20,000 nucleotides of DNA, from sequence record DRR378314_953; one strand, given 5' to 3'. The translations under genes and the position numbers were made by a program. Every line of letters starts with the position of its first letter. Positions within the stretch are counted from its first letter, which is position 1. Below, piece after piece: positions 1 through 8,615 of the stretch. A model generated the notes under the pieces. The model was not told where the DNA came from and ran no database searches. It saw only the letters and a list, made by a program, of their open reading frames with translations.

Positions 1-1
1 C

Positions 2-289
2 AGGACTATTTTGGAAAAAGCCAAAAGAGGAGAAGAGTTGCGCATAACGGACGCGCAGTTAGGCTGCCCTACCAATGCAGTCAACCTTGCCAAATATCTA
101 TTGAACCTCGTAGCCAATAGCAATCAGCAATATGGCACTTACCATTTCACGGACGGTATTGCCATGAGCTGGTACGGGTTTGCCCTCAACATCCTGGAAG
201 AAAATGGGTTGAAAAATACTACAACTATTGTGAAGGAGAATAATTATCGTAGTTTTGCCAAGAGGCCTAAAATAAGCGTTTTAAATTAA
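2..289 (+). CDS. rfbD: dTDP-4-dehydrorhamnose reductase (RmlD/RfbD), 3' part only; start lies upstream of the window
   Basis: Frame is open from the window edge (RTILEKAK...). It has the RmlD C-terminal motifs DAQLGCPT (cf. DQxGxPT), GTYHFT, SWYGFA and AKRPKISVL. Confidence 0.9.
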   Translation, partial: RTILEKAKRGEELRITDAQLGCPTNAVNLAKYLLNLVANSNQQYGTYHFTDGIAMSWYGFALNILEENGLKNTTTIVKENNYRSFAKRPKISVLN

Positions 290-306
290 TAAATAACCAA
301 GAGTAA

Positions 307-1320
307 ATGGATTTTACAGGTAAATCACTTTTAATCACTGGAGGGACAGGATCCCTGGGGAAGGCTTTAACAAGCCATATTCTATCTAATCACTCTGAAA
401 TTAGAAGACTTATCATCTTTTCAAGAGATGAACAAAAGCAATTTCAGATGGCTCAAGAATTTCCTACTAGCCGATTCCCCCAAATACGATTCTTTATTGG
501 TGATGTTCGGGATAGGGATAGATTAATTAGGGCCTTTAAAGGGGTAGATTACGTAATTCATGCAGCCGCAATGAAACATGTGCATCTAGCCGAATATAAC
601 CCAGAAGAATGTATAAAAACAAACATTGGAGGAGCTCAAAATGTGGTTGATGCTTGTTTTGCTACAAACGTTGAAAGAGTAGTAGCCCTATCAACGGATA
701 AGGCTTGTGCCCCAATAAATCTTTATGGTGCCACCAAATTAACCTCTGACAAGTTATTTGTTGCAGCCAATAATATTAAAGGAGACAGTCCAATACGCTT
801 TTCAGTTGTGAGATATGGAAATGTTATGGGTTCCAATGGATCTGTAATACCATTTTTCATTAATAAGAAAAAAGAGGGGTCATTACCTATTACAGACCCC
901 AATATGACCAGGTTCAATATTTCACTCCAAGGAGGAGTTGACATGGTAATGCATGGTTTAAAATATGCTTGGGGTGGCGAGCTTTATGTTCCCAAAATAC
1001 CGTCATACAGAATTATGGATGTAGCAGAAGCGATCGCACCGGAATGCGAAAAGCCAATAGTTGGAATTAGGCCAGGTGAGAAAATTCATGAAGAAATGAT
1101 TACCCCTTCAGATTCTTTCTACACTTATGATCTTGGAAAATATTATACTATATTACCTTCCACTCATAAATGGAAATTAGAAGACTTTGTAAAAGAGTTT
1201 AATGCAAAACCTGTGCCATCGAATTTTAGTTACAATTCTGGTGAAAACGAGCAATGGGAAACAGTTGAAAGTCTTAGAAGCCTTATTAAGGAACATGTAG
1301 ATAATAATTTTTCGGTGTAA
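307..1320 (+). CDS. pseB: UDP-N-acetylglucosamine 4,6-dehydratase (inverting), PseB
   Basis: TGGTGSLG Rossmann motif, FSRDEQKQ, HAAAMKHV, ALSTDKACAPINLYGATK, RYGNVMGSNGSVIP and GIRPGEKIHE. First gene of a pse-ordered cassette. Confidence 0.95.
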   Translation: MDFTGKSLLITGGTGSLGKALTSHILSNHSEIRRLIIFSRDEQKQFQMAQEFPTSRFPQIRFFIGDVRDRDRLIRAFKGVDYVIHAAAMKHVHLAEYNPEECIKTNIGGAQNVVDACFATNVERVVALSTDKACAPINLYGATKLTSDKLFVAANNIKGDSPIRFSVVRYGNVMGSNGSVIPFFINKKKEGSLPITDPNMTRFNISLQGGVDMVMHGLKYAWGGELYVPKIPSYRIMDVAEAIAPECEKPIVGIRPGEKIHEEMITPSDSFYTYDLGKYYTILPSTHKWKLEDFVKEFNAKPVPSNFSYNSGENEQWETVESLRSLIKEHVDNNFSV

Positions 1321-2466
1321 ATGAAAACCATACCATACGGACGACAACATATAGATCAAGAGGATATAGATGCTGTTATTACAACTCTTACCGGGGATTT
1401 TTTAACACAAGGTCCAAAAGTAAAAGAATTCGAAGATAAATTTGCAAATTATGTGGGATCCAAATATGCTGTGGCCGTCAATAATGCTACTGCTGGATTA
1501 CACCTAGCTGTTTTAGCCTTGGGTTTAAAACCTGGTGAACGGGTTATTACGACACCCATTACATTTGCAGCTTCTGCCAATTGTGTAAGATATGCCCAGG
1601 GGGAAGTCTGGTTTGCTGATATCGACCCCGATACTTACCTTTTATCTTTAGAAAGTGTAAAGAAACTCATCGAAAGCAAACCAAAAGGTTTCTTTAAAGG
1701 AATTATTCCAGTGGATTTTGCAGGCCTACCTGTGAACCTACAAGAGTTTCGCCATCTGGCAGAAGAACATAATCTTTGGATTATTGAAGATGCAGCACAC
1801 GCTCCTGGCGGATATTTTACAGATTCAAAAGGTGTGCATCAAAAGTGTGGTAACGGCAATTATGCGGATTTAGCAGTGTTTTCTTTTCATCCCGTTAAAC
1901 ATATAGCATGTGGCGAAGGCGGAATGATTACCACTAACTCTGAGGCTTTATATAATAAACTTTTTTTATTACGAACACACGGAATCACCAAAGACAACAT
2001 GAAAGAGGACCATGGTGGGTGGTATTACGAAATGCAAGATCTTGGGTTTAATTATAGATTAACTGATATACAATCGGCACTTGGAATTACGCAGCTTGTC
2101 AAAAATGTTGCTGGTGTCATGAGAAGAAATGAGATTGCTGATAAGTATAAAAAAGCTTTTGAAGGTAAAATTAAATATCAAAGTTTGCCACAGGGTATGG
2201 TGAATGCTCACCATTTATTTGTAATTGAAGTAGAAGACAGAAAAGGATTGTATGACTTTTTAAGAACGCAAAATATCTTTGCACAAATACACTATATTCC
2301 TGTACATACATTGCCATATTATAATGAAATCGGCTATAGCAATGCTAATTTAAGTAACTCAGAAAACTATTATTCCAAGTGCATTAGCTTACCTATGTAC
2401 CCAAGCTTGACTGATGAAGAGCAGAACTTTGTCATAGATAAAGTATTAACATTCGTCAATGGTTAA
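1321..2466 (+). CDS. pseC: UDP-4-amino-4,6-dideoxy-N-acetyl-beta-L-altrosamine transaminase (DegT/DnrJ family), PseC
   Basis: IPYGRQHI start, LTQGP, IIEDAAHA, FSFHPVKHI (PLP lysine), GEGGMITT and GFNYRLTDIQ. ATG abuts the pseB stop (TAAATG). Confidence 0.95.
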   Translation: MKTIPYGRQHIDQEDIDAVITTLTGDFLTQGPKVKEFEDKFANYVGSKYAVAVNNATAGLHLAVLALGLKPGERVITTPITFAASANCVRYAQGEVWFADIDPDTYLLSLESVKKLIESKPKGFFKGIIPVDFAGLPVNLQEFRHLAEEHNLWIIEDAAHAPGGYFTDSKGVHQKCGNGNYADLAVFSFHPVKHIACGEGGMITTNSEALYNKLFLLRTHGITKDNMKEDHGGWYYEMQDLGFNYRLTDIQSALGITQLVKNVAGVMRRNEIADKYKKAFEGKIKYQSLPQGMVNAHHLFVIEVEDRKGLYDFLRTQNIFAQIHYIPVHTLPYYNEIGYSNANLSNSENYYSKCISLPMYPSLTDEEQNFVIDKVLTFVNG

Positions 2467-3163
2467 TCTAGCAATAATACCAGCGAGAGGAGGAAGCAAA
2501 CGTATTCCAAGAAAGAATATTAAACTCTTTTTAGGTAAGCCGATTATTGCTTATTCAATTGAAGCAGCACTAAAAAGCGAATTGTTTGAGGAGGTTATGG
2601 TATCGACTGATGATGAAGAAATTGCAAAAATTGCTAGTGACTATGGAGCGAAAGTTCCATTTCTAAGAAACAATGATACTGCAAATGATTTTGCTGTATT
2701 GGCAGATGTAGTTCAAGAAGTGGTTTCAAACTATAAGAAGCAAAAAAAGATCTTTGACAATATTTGTTGCATCCTGCCAACTGCACCTTTTGTAAAGTCA
2801 AACAAAATTATTGAAGCCTATAAAAAACTGACAGATAATAAATTTGACAGTGTCTTTCCGGTTTTAGAGTATTCATTTCCCATCCAACGTTCATTAAAAA
2901 TTAATGATGATAAAGTAGCAATGGTTTGGGGCGAAAACTTAAATGCTCGTTCCCAAGACTTAGAACCTAGATTCCATGATGCGGGACAGTTTTATTGGTT
3001 AAAAATATCGTCATTTTTAAGGGAAAAAAAGCTGTTTATGCCAAATTCTGGTGCAATAATCATTTCAGCCTTACATGCGCAAGATATCGACACAGAAACA
3101 GATTGGAAATTGGCTGAAATTAAATTTAAATTGATGCGCAATGACCAAGAAAGTAATCTTTAG
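2459..3163 (+). CDS. pseF: Pseudaminic acid cytidylyltransferase (CMP-nonulosonate synthetase), PseF
   Basis: AIIPARGGSKRIPRKNIK, VSTDDEEIA, RSQDLE, HDAGQFYW and QDIDTETDW. Overlaps pseC by 8 nt. Confidence 0.93.
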   Translation: MVNLAIIPARGGSKRIPRKNIKLFLGKPIIAYSIEAALKSELFEEVMVSTDDEEIAKIASDYGAKVPFLRNNDTANDFAVLADVVQEVVSNYKKQKKIFDNICCILPTAPFVKSNKIIEAYKKLTDNKFDSVFPVLEYSFPIQRSLKINDDKVAMVWGENLNARSQDLEPRFHDAGQFYWLKISSFLREKKLFMPNSGAIIISALHAQDIDTETDWKLAEIKFKLMRNDQESNL

Positions 3164-4154
3164 AGCAGACGGAAACTCAACCTCTGGATTAGGGCACTTA
3201 TACAGATTATTTAGTCTGGTTGAAATTATTAAGGATACATTGGATTTTGTTTTTTTAACCCATATAACTTCAACAATTTCTATAATCCCAAAATCCTATA
3301 AAAAGTCAATTATTCCAGAAACCATTAAAATAGAGGACGAACCGCAATGGCTATACTCTAATTTTCCGCCTGAAGAATATATTATAATCGCAGATGGCTA
3401 TCAATTCGTAGCCTCATATCAAAGAGAATTAAAAAAACTAGGGTATAGTTTAGTGTATATTGATGATTTATCAAAAGAGCACATGTTTGCAGATTTGGTT
3501 ATAAATCATTCACCATACATAAAAGATAAACATTATAAAAAAGAAGCATATACAAAATTGGCTTTAGGAACACGATACGCATTACTGAGACCTCTTTTTT
3601 TAAACCAGGCAAAACAAGATAGAAGTATAAAAACAATTGATAGCGTGTTTGTCTGTTTTGGTGGTGCAGACCCATATAATCTAAGTCTAAAAGCCGTTCA
3701 GGCTCTTCTTCAAATTAGCACTATAAAAAAAACACACGTTGTTTTAGGCGGGGCATATAAACATCAAGAAATTTTTGACTTAAAAGAAAAAAATTCAGAT
3801 AAAATAAATCTTTATAGAGATTTGTCGGAAGAGGATTTAATTATAGTGATGCGTCAATGTAACTTTGCAATTGCACCGGCAAGCACAATTTTATTTGAAC
3901 TATCTTGTATTAAAATGCCTATTTTGAGTGGATATTATGTTGATAATCAAAAAATGATTTACAAGGGCTTTTTAAACAATAAAACCATTTACAAAGCCGA
4001 TAACATGAGAAAAATTGAAGTTTCCGGTTTTGTAAATCGCATTAAAACTATATTAAATGAAAATAGTTTTAACCAGCAAATTAAAGCGCAAAAAACATTG
4101 TTTGATGATAAAATTGCATTAAGACATCTAAACTCAATTAAGAACTTATGTTAA
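3141..4154 (+). CDS. pseG: UDP-2,4-diacylamido-2,4,6-trideoxy-beta-L-altropyranose hydrolase, PseG
   Basis: VIFRADG..SGLGHLYR (GxGH catalytic His), IIADGY, VYIDD, ADLVIN, YALLRP and FGGADP. Follows pseF with a 23-nt overlap. No fused GNAT domain. Confidence 0.9.
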   Translation: MTKKVIFRADGNSTSGLGHLYRLFSLVEIIKDTLDFVFLTHITSTISIIPKSYKKSIIPETIKIEDEPQWLYSNFPPEEYIIIADGYQFVASYQRELKKLGYSLVYIDDLSKEHMFADLVINHSPYIKDKHYKKEAYTKLALGTRYALLRPLFLNQAKQDRSIKTIDSVFVCFGGADPYNLSLKAVQALLQISTIKKTHVVLGGAYKHQEIFDLKEKNSDKINLYRDLSEEDLIIVMRQCNFAIAPASTILFELSCIKMPILSGYYVDNQKMIYKGFLNNKTIYKADNMRKIEVSGFVNRIKTILNENSFNQQIKAQKTLFDDKIALRHLNSIKNLC

Positions 4155-5029
4155 CAATTGGACTACTATGTAGTGGGGGATTGGGTTTGGATACGCTATC
4201 AAAAATAGCTAAGGAACACCAAGTTCAGTTCGTTTTAACTGATAGTAATTCTCATGATATTATTGATTATGCTATCAAGAATAATATTCCGTTCTATGCA
4301 GGAAACCCAAGAGAGGGTAAAGGTTATAATTTTATAAAACATTTCAATATAGATGTAATAATTTCAATTAACTATTTGTTTATAATTCAAAATGATATCA
4401 TTAATCATGCAAATATTATGACGTTTAATATTCATGGATCATTATTGCCAAAATATAGAGGAAGAACACCCCATGTTTGGGCCATAATAAATGGCGAAAC
4501 TAAAACAGGAATAACCGCCCATGTTATTGACGCAGGCTGTGATACAGGTAAGGTAATTCATCAAATAGAAATTCCGATTGAAGAAGAGGATACGGGTGCA
4601 ATAATTCTAAAAAAGTTTGCAAATGAGTATTACCCTCTTGTAAAAAAGGTATTAAATGATATAGCTACAAATAATCTAGAATTCAAAATTCAAAATGAAA
4701 AAGAAGCAACTTATTTTGGCAAACGCACCCCGTTGGATGGAGAAATAAATTGGAACTGGACTAAGGAAAAAATAATAAATTGGGTTAGGGCACAAGCAGA
4801 TCCTTATCCAGGTGCCTTCACATTTTTGAACGGTAAGAAGATAATAATTGATAAAGTTTCCCTTTCTAGGGTAAAAATATTTAAAAATCAAATAAATGGC
4901 GAAATTATTGCCGATAACCCTGATGTTGTGGTAAAGGCCTCCAATGGAGCTTTAAATATTGATTCAATACGAACTGAAAATTGTACTTTTTTTAAAGGAA
5001 ATATATTTTGTCATGAAGATAGGAAATAA
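4148..5029 (+). CDS. 10-formyl-THF-dependent sugar N-formyltransferase (FMT/ArnA-like; PseJ-like), in the pseH position
   Basis: FNIHGSLLPKYRGRTP (N-x-H-x-SLLP-x-YRG), TGITAHVIDAGCDTG (catalytic Asp region) and C-terminal FMT_C-type INW..VRAQADPYPGAFT. Overlaps both pseG and pseI. Confidence 0.9.
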   Translation: MLTIGLLCSGGLGLDTLSKIAKEHQVQFVLTDSNSHDIIDYAIKNNIPFYAGNPREGKGYNFIKHFNIDVIISINYLFIIQNDIINHANIMTFNIHGSLLPKYRGRTPHVWAIINGETKTGITAHVIDAGCDTGKVIHQIEIPIEEEDTGAIILKKFANEYYPLVKKVLNDIATNNLEFKIQNEKEATYFGKRTPLDGEINWNWTKEKIINWVRAQADPYPGAFTFLNGKKIIIDKVSLSRVKIFKNQINGEIIADNPDVVVKASNGALNIDSIRTENCTFFKGNIFCHEDRK

Positions 5030-6056
5030 AGAAATAGGAGGTGATAATCCTTGTTTTATAATAGCAGAATTATCGGCAAATCATAATGGAGAACTGGAAG
5101 TTGCCCTTGAAACTATTAGAGCAGCTAAAAGAACAGGGGCAGATGCAATAAAACTTCAAACCTATACTCCCGATACTCTGACCATAGATTGTGACAACGA
5201 ATATTTTAAAATAGGAGGTGGCACTCTATGGGATGGCAAAACACTATATGAGCTATACGGAGAAGCATATACCCCTTGGGAATGGCACAAAAGATTGTTT
5301 GAAGTAGCCGCGGAGGAAGGTTTAATTTGTTTTTCATCTCCCTTCGATTTTACTGCTGTAGATTTTCTTGAAAAGCTAAATGTGCCTGCCTATAAAATTG
5401 CCTCCTTCGAAATACAAGATATTCCCTTAATAGAATATGCCGCATCAAAGGGAAAGCCTATTATAATTTCAACGGGAATAGCTGAAGAAGAAGATATACA
5501 ATTAGCCGTGGATACTTGCCGAAAAGTTGGTAATAATGATATAATCTTATTGAAATGTACCTCTTCATATCCCGCACCCTTAGAATTAGCAAATCTAAAC
5601 ACCATTCCAGATTTAAAAGCCCGTTTTGGGGTTGAGGTCGGATTTAGCGACCATACCTACGGTTCTTTAGCGCCAACAGTGGCAACAACCTTAGGGGCAA
5701 AGGTAATTGAAAAGCATTTTATTTTAGACAAGTCTATAGGTGGTCCTGATGCTGATTTTTCTTTAGATATAAAAGAGTTCACCGACTTGGTTAACCAAGT
5801 TAGGGATACGGAAAAACTATTAGGAAAGATATCCTATGAAATTTCTGATAAAGTGAAAAAAAATAAAAAATTCGCTAGATCTCTTTTTGTAGTTAAAGAT
5901 GTAAAGGCTGGCGAAGTAATAACAACCGAAAACGTACGATCTATCCGTCCTGGTTACGGCATGCACCCGATGCATTATAATGATATTTTAGGAAAAACCT
6001 TTCTAGTTGATACAGAGGCCGGGACACCTTTGGAATTTAATTTAATTCAGGAATAA
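5013..6056 (+). CDS. pseI: Pseudaminic acid synthase (NeuB family with C-terminal SAF domain), PseI
   Basis: FIIAELSANHNG, ADAIKLQTYTPDTLT, YKIASFEI, LKCTSSYPAP, GFSDHT, IEKHF and SIRPGYGMHP. Start moved from ORF-track 4959 to the ATG at 5013 (MKIGNKEIG). Confidence 0.95.
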   Translation: MKIGNKEIGGDNPCFIIAELSANHNGELEVALETIRAAKRTGADAIKLQTYTPDTLTIDCDNEYFKIGGGTLWDGKTLYELYGEAYTPWEWHKRLFEVAAEEGLICFSSPFDFTAVDFLEKLNVPAYKIASFEIQDIPLIEYAASKGKPIIISTGIAEEEDIQLAVDTCRKVGNNDIILLKCTSSYPAPLELANLNTIPDLKARFGVEVGFSDHTYGSLAPTVATTLGAKVIEKHFILDKSIGGPDADFSLDIKEFTDLVNQVRDTEKLLGKISYEISDKVKKNKKFARSLFVVKDVKAGEVITTENVRSIRPGYGMHPMHYNDILGKTFLVDTEAGTPLEFNLIQE

Positions 6057-6062
6057 CAGAAA

Positions 6063-7376
6063 ATGAAACTATTATTTATTGAGAATAGATATAAAACCTT
6101 TACTTATGAGGCAATAGCAAATCAGTTAAAAAAGGAAGGGCATACAATTTCTTTTTTAATTCAAAATAGAGAATTTAAGCCAAAAAGCGATCATAATTAT
6201 TTTGAGGTACCATTTCCCGGAAAGAACGATTTAGTACAAAATTATGAATCTAATAAAGAAATAGAAGAAGTTATTACCTCCGATAGGATGCAAAACTTTT
6301 TCATGAAAAAAGGAACAAGCTATTTTTATTACTATGACAATAAAATCGGGAAAATTTTAGACCAGTATAAACCCGACCTTGTATTTGGAGAATCAACAGC
6401 TTTTCATGAATTGCTCACCATTCACAATTGTAAGTTACGTAATATTCTGTATTTGAATCCTTCAACCTGTAGGTATCCTAAAAATCGTTTTTCCTTTTAT
6501 TTATATGATACTTTGGAACCTTATGAAGGAAGTGGAGAAACCTTATCTTATTCAGAAGCCAAAAATATTGTGAATGGTATTGTTAATCGTTCTGCCAAGC
6601 CAGACTATATGAAGGTCGTTAAAATATCTAAGGCTAAAACAATAAACGATAAAGTTTTAAAAATCACCTCATATTTAAAAGGAGATTCTTTTAATACTCC
6701 TCACCCTATTGTAAAGTATAGGATAGAAAGAGAGAAAAATCTTAATATTAAACTTTGGGATACATTTGCGAAAAATGAGATTGCACAAAACAATAAAACA
6801 GTTGTTCTCTATCCTTTACAAATGCAACCAGAAGCTAATATAGATGTTTGGGGTCGTAAACATAGAGATCAATTAGAGCTTATACAGTCAATTAGCGAGC
6901 ACTTGCCAGCAGATTCTGTTCTAGTAGTGAAACCCAATCCAAAATCTAAATACGAGCTCTCTAAAGACTTGATAACCTATATTAAACAAAGCCAAAATGT
7001 TATCGCACTGCAACACTCCGTTAAAATGGACGACATTATAAGTAATTTAGATTTAGTTATGACGGTTACAGGCACTATAGCCATGGAATGTATTTTATCT
7101 AATATTCCCGTTATTACTCTAGTTAAAACTCTTAATAACAATCAGTCGAACTGCAGGTATATCAGTGATATAAAAAAGGAATTGTCCCAGGTCATTGAAG
7201 AGGTACAAACAAAAACATATCCAAAAATTTCCGATAGAGAAAAGATAGAGTATATAAACTATTTAAATAAAACGAGCTATCAGGGAATTATCTCAGATCC
7301 ATTTAGTGATGCTAATTGTATTAGTAAAATGAATTTAGATAAACTATTATTTGCTTTTAAGCAAATTATAAAATAG
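6063..7376 (+). CDS. Capsule_synth/KpsS-like GT-B protein; candidate CMP-pseudaminic acid transferase
   Basis: C-terminal half has LYPLQMQPEANID, LVVKPNP and VMTVTGTIAMECIL, resembling the Q-motif, K-x-HP and T-x-x-ST-x-G-x-EAL segments of KpsS/KpsC-like ulosonate transferases. Starts 6 nt after pseI. Confidence 0.65.
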   Translation: MKLLFIENRYKTFTYEAIANQLKKEGHTISFLIQNREFKPKSDHNYFEVPFPGKNDLVQNYESNKEIEEVITSDRMQNFFMKKGTSYFYYYDNKIGKILDQYKPDLVFGESTAFHELLTIHNCKLRNILYLNPSTCRYPKNRFSFYLYDTLEPYEGSGETLSYSEAKNIVNGIVNRSAKPDYMKVVKISKAKTINDKVLKITSYLKGDSFNTPHPIVKYRIEREKNLNIKLWDTFAKNEIAQNNKTVVLYPLQMQPEANIDVWGRKHRDQLELIQSISEHLPADSVLVVKPNPKSKYELSKDLITYIKQSQNVIALQHSVKMDDIISNLDLVMTVTGTIAMECILSNIPVITLVKTLNNNQSNCRYISDIKKELSQVIEEVQTKTYPKISDREKIEYINYLNKTSYQGIISDPFSDANCISKMNLDKLLFAFKQIIK

Positions 7377-7871
7377 ACATTACGACTAATCTAACCTAGC
7401 AAAATTAAACTTATAATTTTATATATTTACAAATAAGCGATTTAAATTAATGGTATATTCTAAGAACTAATTTTAAGGCAAAAGTGTTTAATCCAACAAT
7501 TTTTCCATGCAGTTATATTGTCCTATTTTAGTAAGATGTAGGTAGCTATTTAATAACGCGCAAAAATACTAATACTCCCTATGACTGTTTCTTATTGATT
7601 ATCCTAGATTAAAAATAATTGAACTTACACCATGATTAAGTGAGTTAATATTTGGTTTCATTAATTTATATCCTCAGGAGACACATCATTTTTAGTCTAA
7701 TTTTCCAACTATATAAGAGTCCTAGCTCTGAACAGCTTAACGTGAAGTACATTTATACAAATATTTTAGCCGCTGGAAGGCATTTATGAACTAATTTTTT
7801 ATTAATTCAACTAAATCCCGAATCTTTTTTGAATAATCTATAAAATTTGGGATAGATTAAAACAATAAATT

Positions 7872-8615
7872 GTGAAAAAAATATTAACTATAATTATAGC
7901 TTTTATTCTGCCTAGTCCTATTGCCACAATTATTTTAAGATTATTAGGGCATAAAGTTGGTAGTAAAGTTAAAATAGGGTTTTCAATATTAAAAGTTGAA
8001 TCATTAGACCTTTCAGATTATGTAAGAATAGGTCATTTTAATTTGATTTTAATCCCAAAAATGGTCTTGAAGGATCATGTGAGTATAGGGTATTTAAATA
8101 TTTTAAAAGGACCTTTTGAAGTGTATTTAGCTAGAGAATCTGCTATTGGAAATAAAAATTACTTAACTAGAGGGAATCTTGGCCTAACCTATGGTAAAAG
8201 TGTCTTAAGATTAGGTGAATTAACAAAAATTACTACTGGACATCATTTGGATTTGACACAGTCAATAACATTCGGGGAATTTTCCATTTTGGCAGGAATT
8301 AATTCTCAAATGTGGACGCATGGTTATTATCATGCTGATTCTGGTAAAGACCGTGTTCGAATCGACGGCTCAATTAGTGTAGGAAATAATGTATATATAG
8401 GTTCAGGTTGTATTTTTAATCCAGGTGTAAAAGTAAGTGATTCTATACATATTGGAAGCGGTAGTAACATTTCCAAGAATTTGGAAAATTCAGGTATGTA
8501 TGTAGGTCAGGCTCTACGACATCTAAAAACTAATATAAATATTGTTAAATCAAAACTTATTAAAGTAGAGAATAGAACTCTAATTGAAACGGTTTATACA
8601 AAAGATAAGACATGA
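7872..8615 (+). CDS. Hexapeptide-repeat (left-handed beta-helix) acyltransferase, probable polysaccharide O-acetyltransferase
   Basis: Repeats such as KVGSKVKIG, VGNNVYIGSGCIFNPGVKVSDSIHIGSGS and WTHGYYH. GTG start. Confidence 0.8.
   Translation: MKKILTIIIAFILPSPIATIILRLLGHKVGSKVKIGFSILKVESLDLSDYVRIGHFNLILIPKMVLKDHVSIGYLNILKGPFEVYLARESAIGNKNYLTRGNLGLTYGKSVLRLGELTKITTGHHLDLTQSITFGEFSILAGINSQMWTHGYYHADSGKDRVRIDGSISVGNNVYIGSGCIFNPGVKVSDSIHIGSGSNISKNLENSGMYVGQALRHLKTNINIVKSKLIKVENRTLIETVYTKDKT

Noticed and set aside
4959-5012. ORF-track N-terminal extension of pseI
   Set aside because: It uses a non-ATG start deep inside the upstream gene, and family similarity starts at ATG 5013.
4148-5029. 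Housekeeping methionyl-tRNA formyltransferase (fmt)
   Set aside because: It lacks the FMGTPxFA N-terminus typical of Fmt and is overlap-coupled inside the pse cassette, so a sugar formyltransferase fits better.
307-6056. Legionaminic or sialic acid pathway
   Set aside because: There is no NeuC/LegG epimerase or nucleotidyltransferase, and the inverting-type PseB plus a PseG hydrolase point to pseudaminic acid.
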